Shown here: piece by piece, positions 5,348 through 5,682 of the stretch
Numbering within the stretch: the stretch's first letter is position 1
Layout: every line of letters begins with the position of its first letter
Source of the DNA: a virus
IMG/VR virus record: IMGVR_UViG_3300045988_008026
Location: 1-5,682 of that record
Length of the DNA stretch: 5,682 bases
Reading direction: 5' to 3' (one strand)
The notes under the pieces: generated by a model
What the model was told of the DNA's origin: nothing
Database searches by the model: none
The model's input: the letters and a program-made list of their open reading frames with translations, nothing else
Position numbers and translations under genes: made by a program

Positions 5348-5376
5348 TAGCAGACGGCCTTAAACTCAAAAAGTGC

Positions 5377-5405
5377 TCGACAAATGTACAATTTAGGTGT
5401 ATAAA
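5377..5405 (+). promoter_or_regulatory. Candidate promoter: TCGACA (5377..5382), 17-nt spacer, TATAAA (5400..5405)
   Basis: Both hexamers match 5/6 with a 17-nt spacer. The architecture and the AGGTGTATA box match the 3684 promoter at the same offset. The -10 lacks the conserved final T, so the call is weaker. Confidence 0.35.
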
Positions 5406-5527
5406 TGGACTACAGATATGAACATTGCAACGGCGCTTGTGAAAAATGTCCGTGCCACGATGTAAGCTATTATTGCAGCTACATCCACGACCAAGTCAGA
5501 AAAGAGCTTAACCGGCGAGGGGAATAA
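5405..5527 (+). CDS. Hypothetical 40-aa Cys/His-rich mini-protein: MDYRYEHCNGACEKCPCHDVSYYCSYIHDQVRKELNRRGE
   Basis: Hand translation from ATG 5405 to TAA 5525..5527. SD-like AGGTG (5395..5399) lies 5 nt upstream. It has 5 Cys and 3 His in 28 residues (H7-C8-x3-C12-x2-C15-x-C17-H18...C24...H28). A strong terminator begins 4 nt after the stop. This call conflicts with reading 5400..5405 as a -10 element. Confidence 0.3.
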   Translation: MDYRYEHCNGACEKCPCHDVSYYCSYIHDQVRKELNRRGE

Positions 5528-5530
5528 ACC

Positions 5531-5578
5531 AAAAAACGTGAGGTTGACGAAAAGCAGCCTTGCGTTTTTTTTTTTTTT
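5531..5578 (+). terminator. Rho-independent terminator: A6, a 10-bp stem, and T14
   Basis: CGTGAGGTTG (5537..5546) pairs with CAGCCTTGCG (5555..5564), including 3 G-U pairs, around an 8-nt loop. Fourteen consecutive T follow (5565..5578, equal to 2..15). The upstream A6 (5531..5536) can pair with the T tract. Confidence 0.75.
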
Positions 5579-5682
5579 GGTAAAATTGACATGGAGAGCC
5601 GGCGCCAGAAAACGAAAGGAGAAAGCACTGCCTCCGGCGCCGGTGATCTGTGCTTCAACCATTTATACAAATATGGAAAGAA
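5564..5682. repeat. Terminal direct repeat, copy 2 (identical to 1..119)
   Basis: See copy 1. All 119 nt are identical. Confidence 0.92.

Noticed and set aside
5393-5670. Minus-strand ORFs of 89 and 63 aa in the post-Rep noncoding region
   Set aside because: They read through the terminator stem and the A14 complement of the T tract (KKKK run), and they extend into the terminal repeat. No RBS is present. The + strand interpretation (mini-ORF or sRNA plus terminator) explains the region better.
1-5682. tRNA, rRNA, CRISPR array, transposase or IS ends, integrase
   Set aside because: No cloverleaf-compatible segments or spaced direct-repeat arrays were seen, and no ORF has recombinase motifs. 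The only long repeat is the terminal assembly overlap.

Overview
The window is one complete circular ssDNA phage genome of the family Microviridae, gokushovirus-like, written out linearly. Bases 1..119 are identical to 5564..5682, so the unit length is 5,563 nt. All credible genes are on the + strand. In order they are: a small ORF, a 39-aa basic J/ORF8-like protein (too short for the ORF track), VP5, VP3 scaffold, VP1 major capsid, VP2 pilot protein, a 70-aa ribbon-helix-helix (RHH) ORF, and the VP4 HUH replication initiator. Family calls rest on conserved motifs I recognise by eye; no database search was run. The non-canonical content lies in the two intergenic or accessory regions. (1) A consensus sigma70-type promoter drives an RHH gene placed directly upstream of the Rep gene, which resembles a CopG-RepB plasmid copy-control cassette. 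(2) A perfect 18-bp hairpin sits between the RHH gene and Rep. (3) A unit of about 170 nt bounded by a promoter-like site and a terminator lies after Rep. It holds a 40-aa Cys/His-rich ORF or an sRNA and ends in a hairpin plus T14 terminator. (4) An AGGTGT(ATA) box recurs at three sites. Base composition is visibly mosaic: the VP1 surface-loop segment and the distal Rep gene are AT-rich relative to the structural module.
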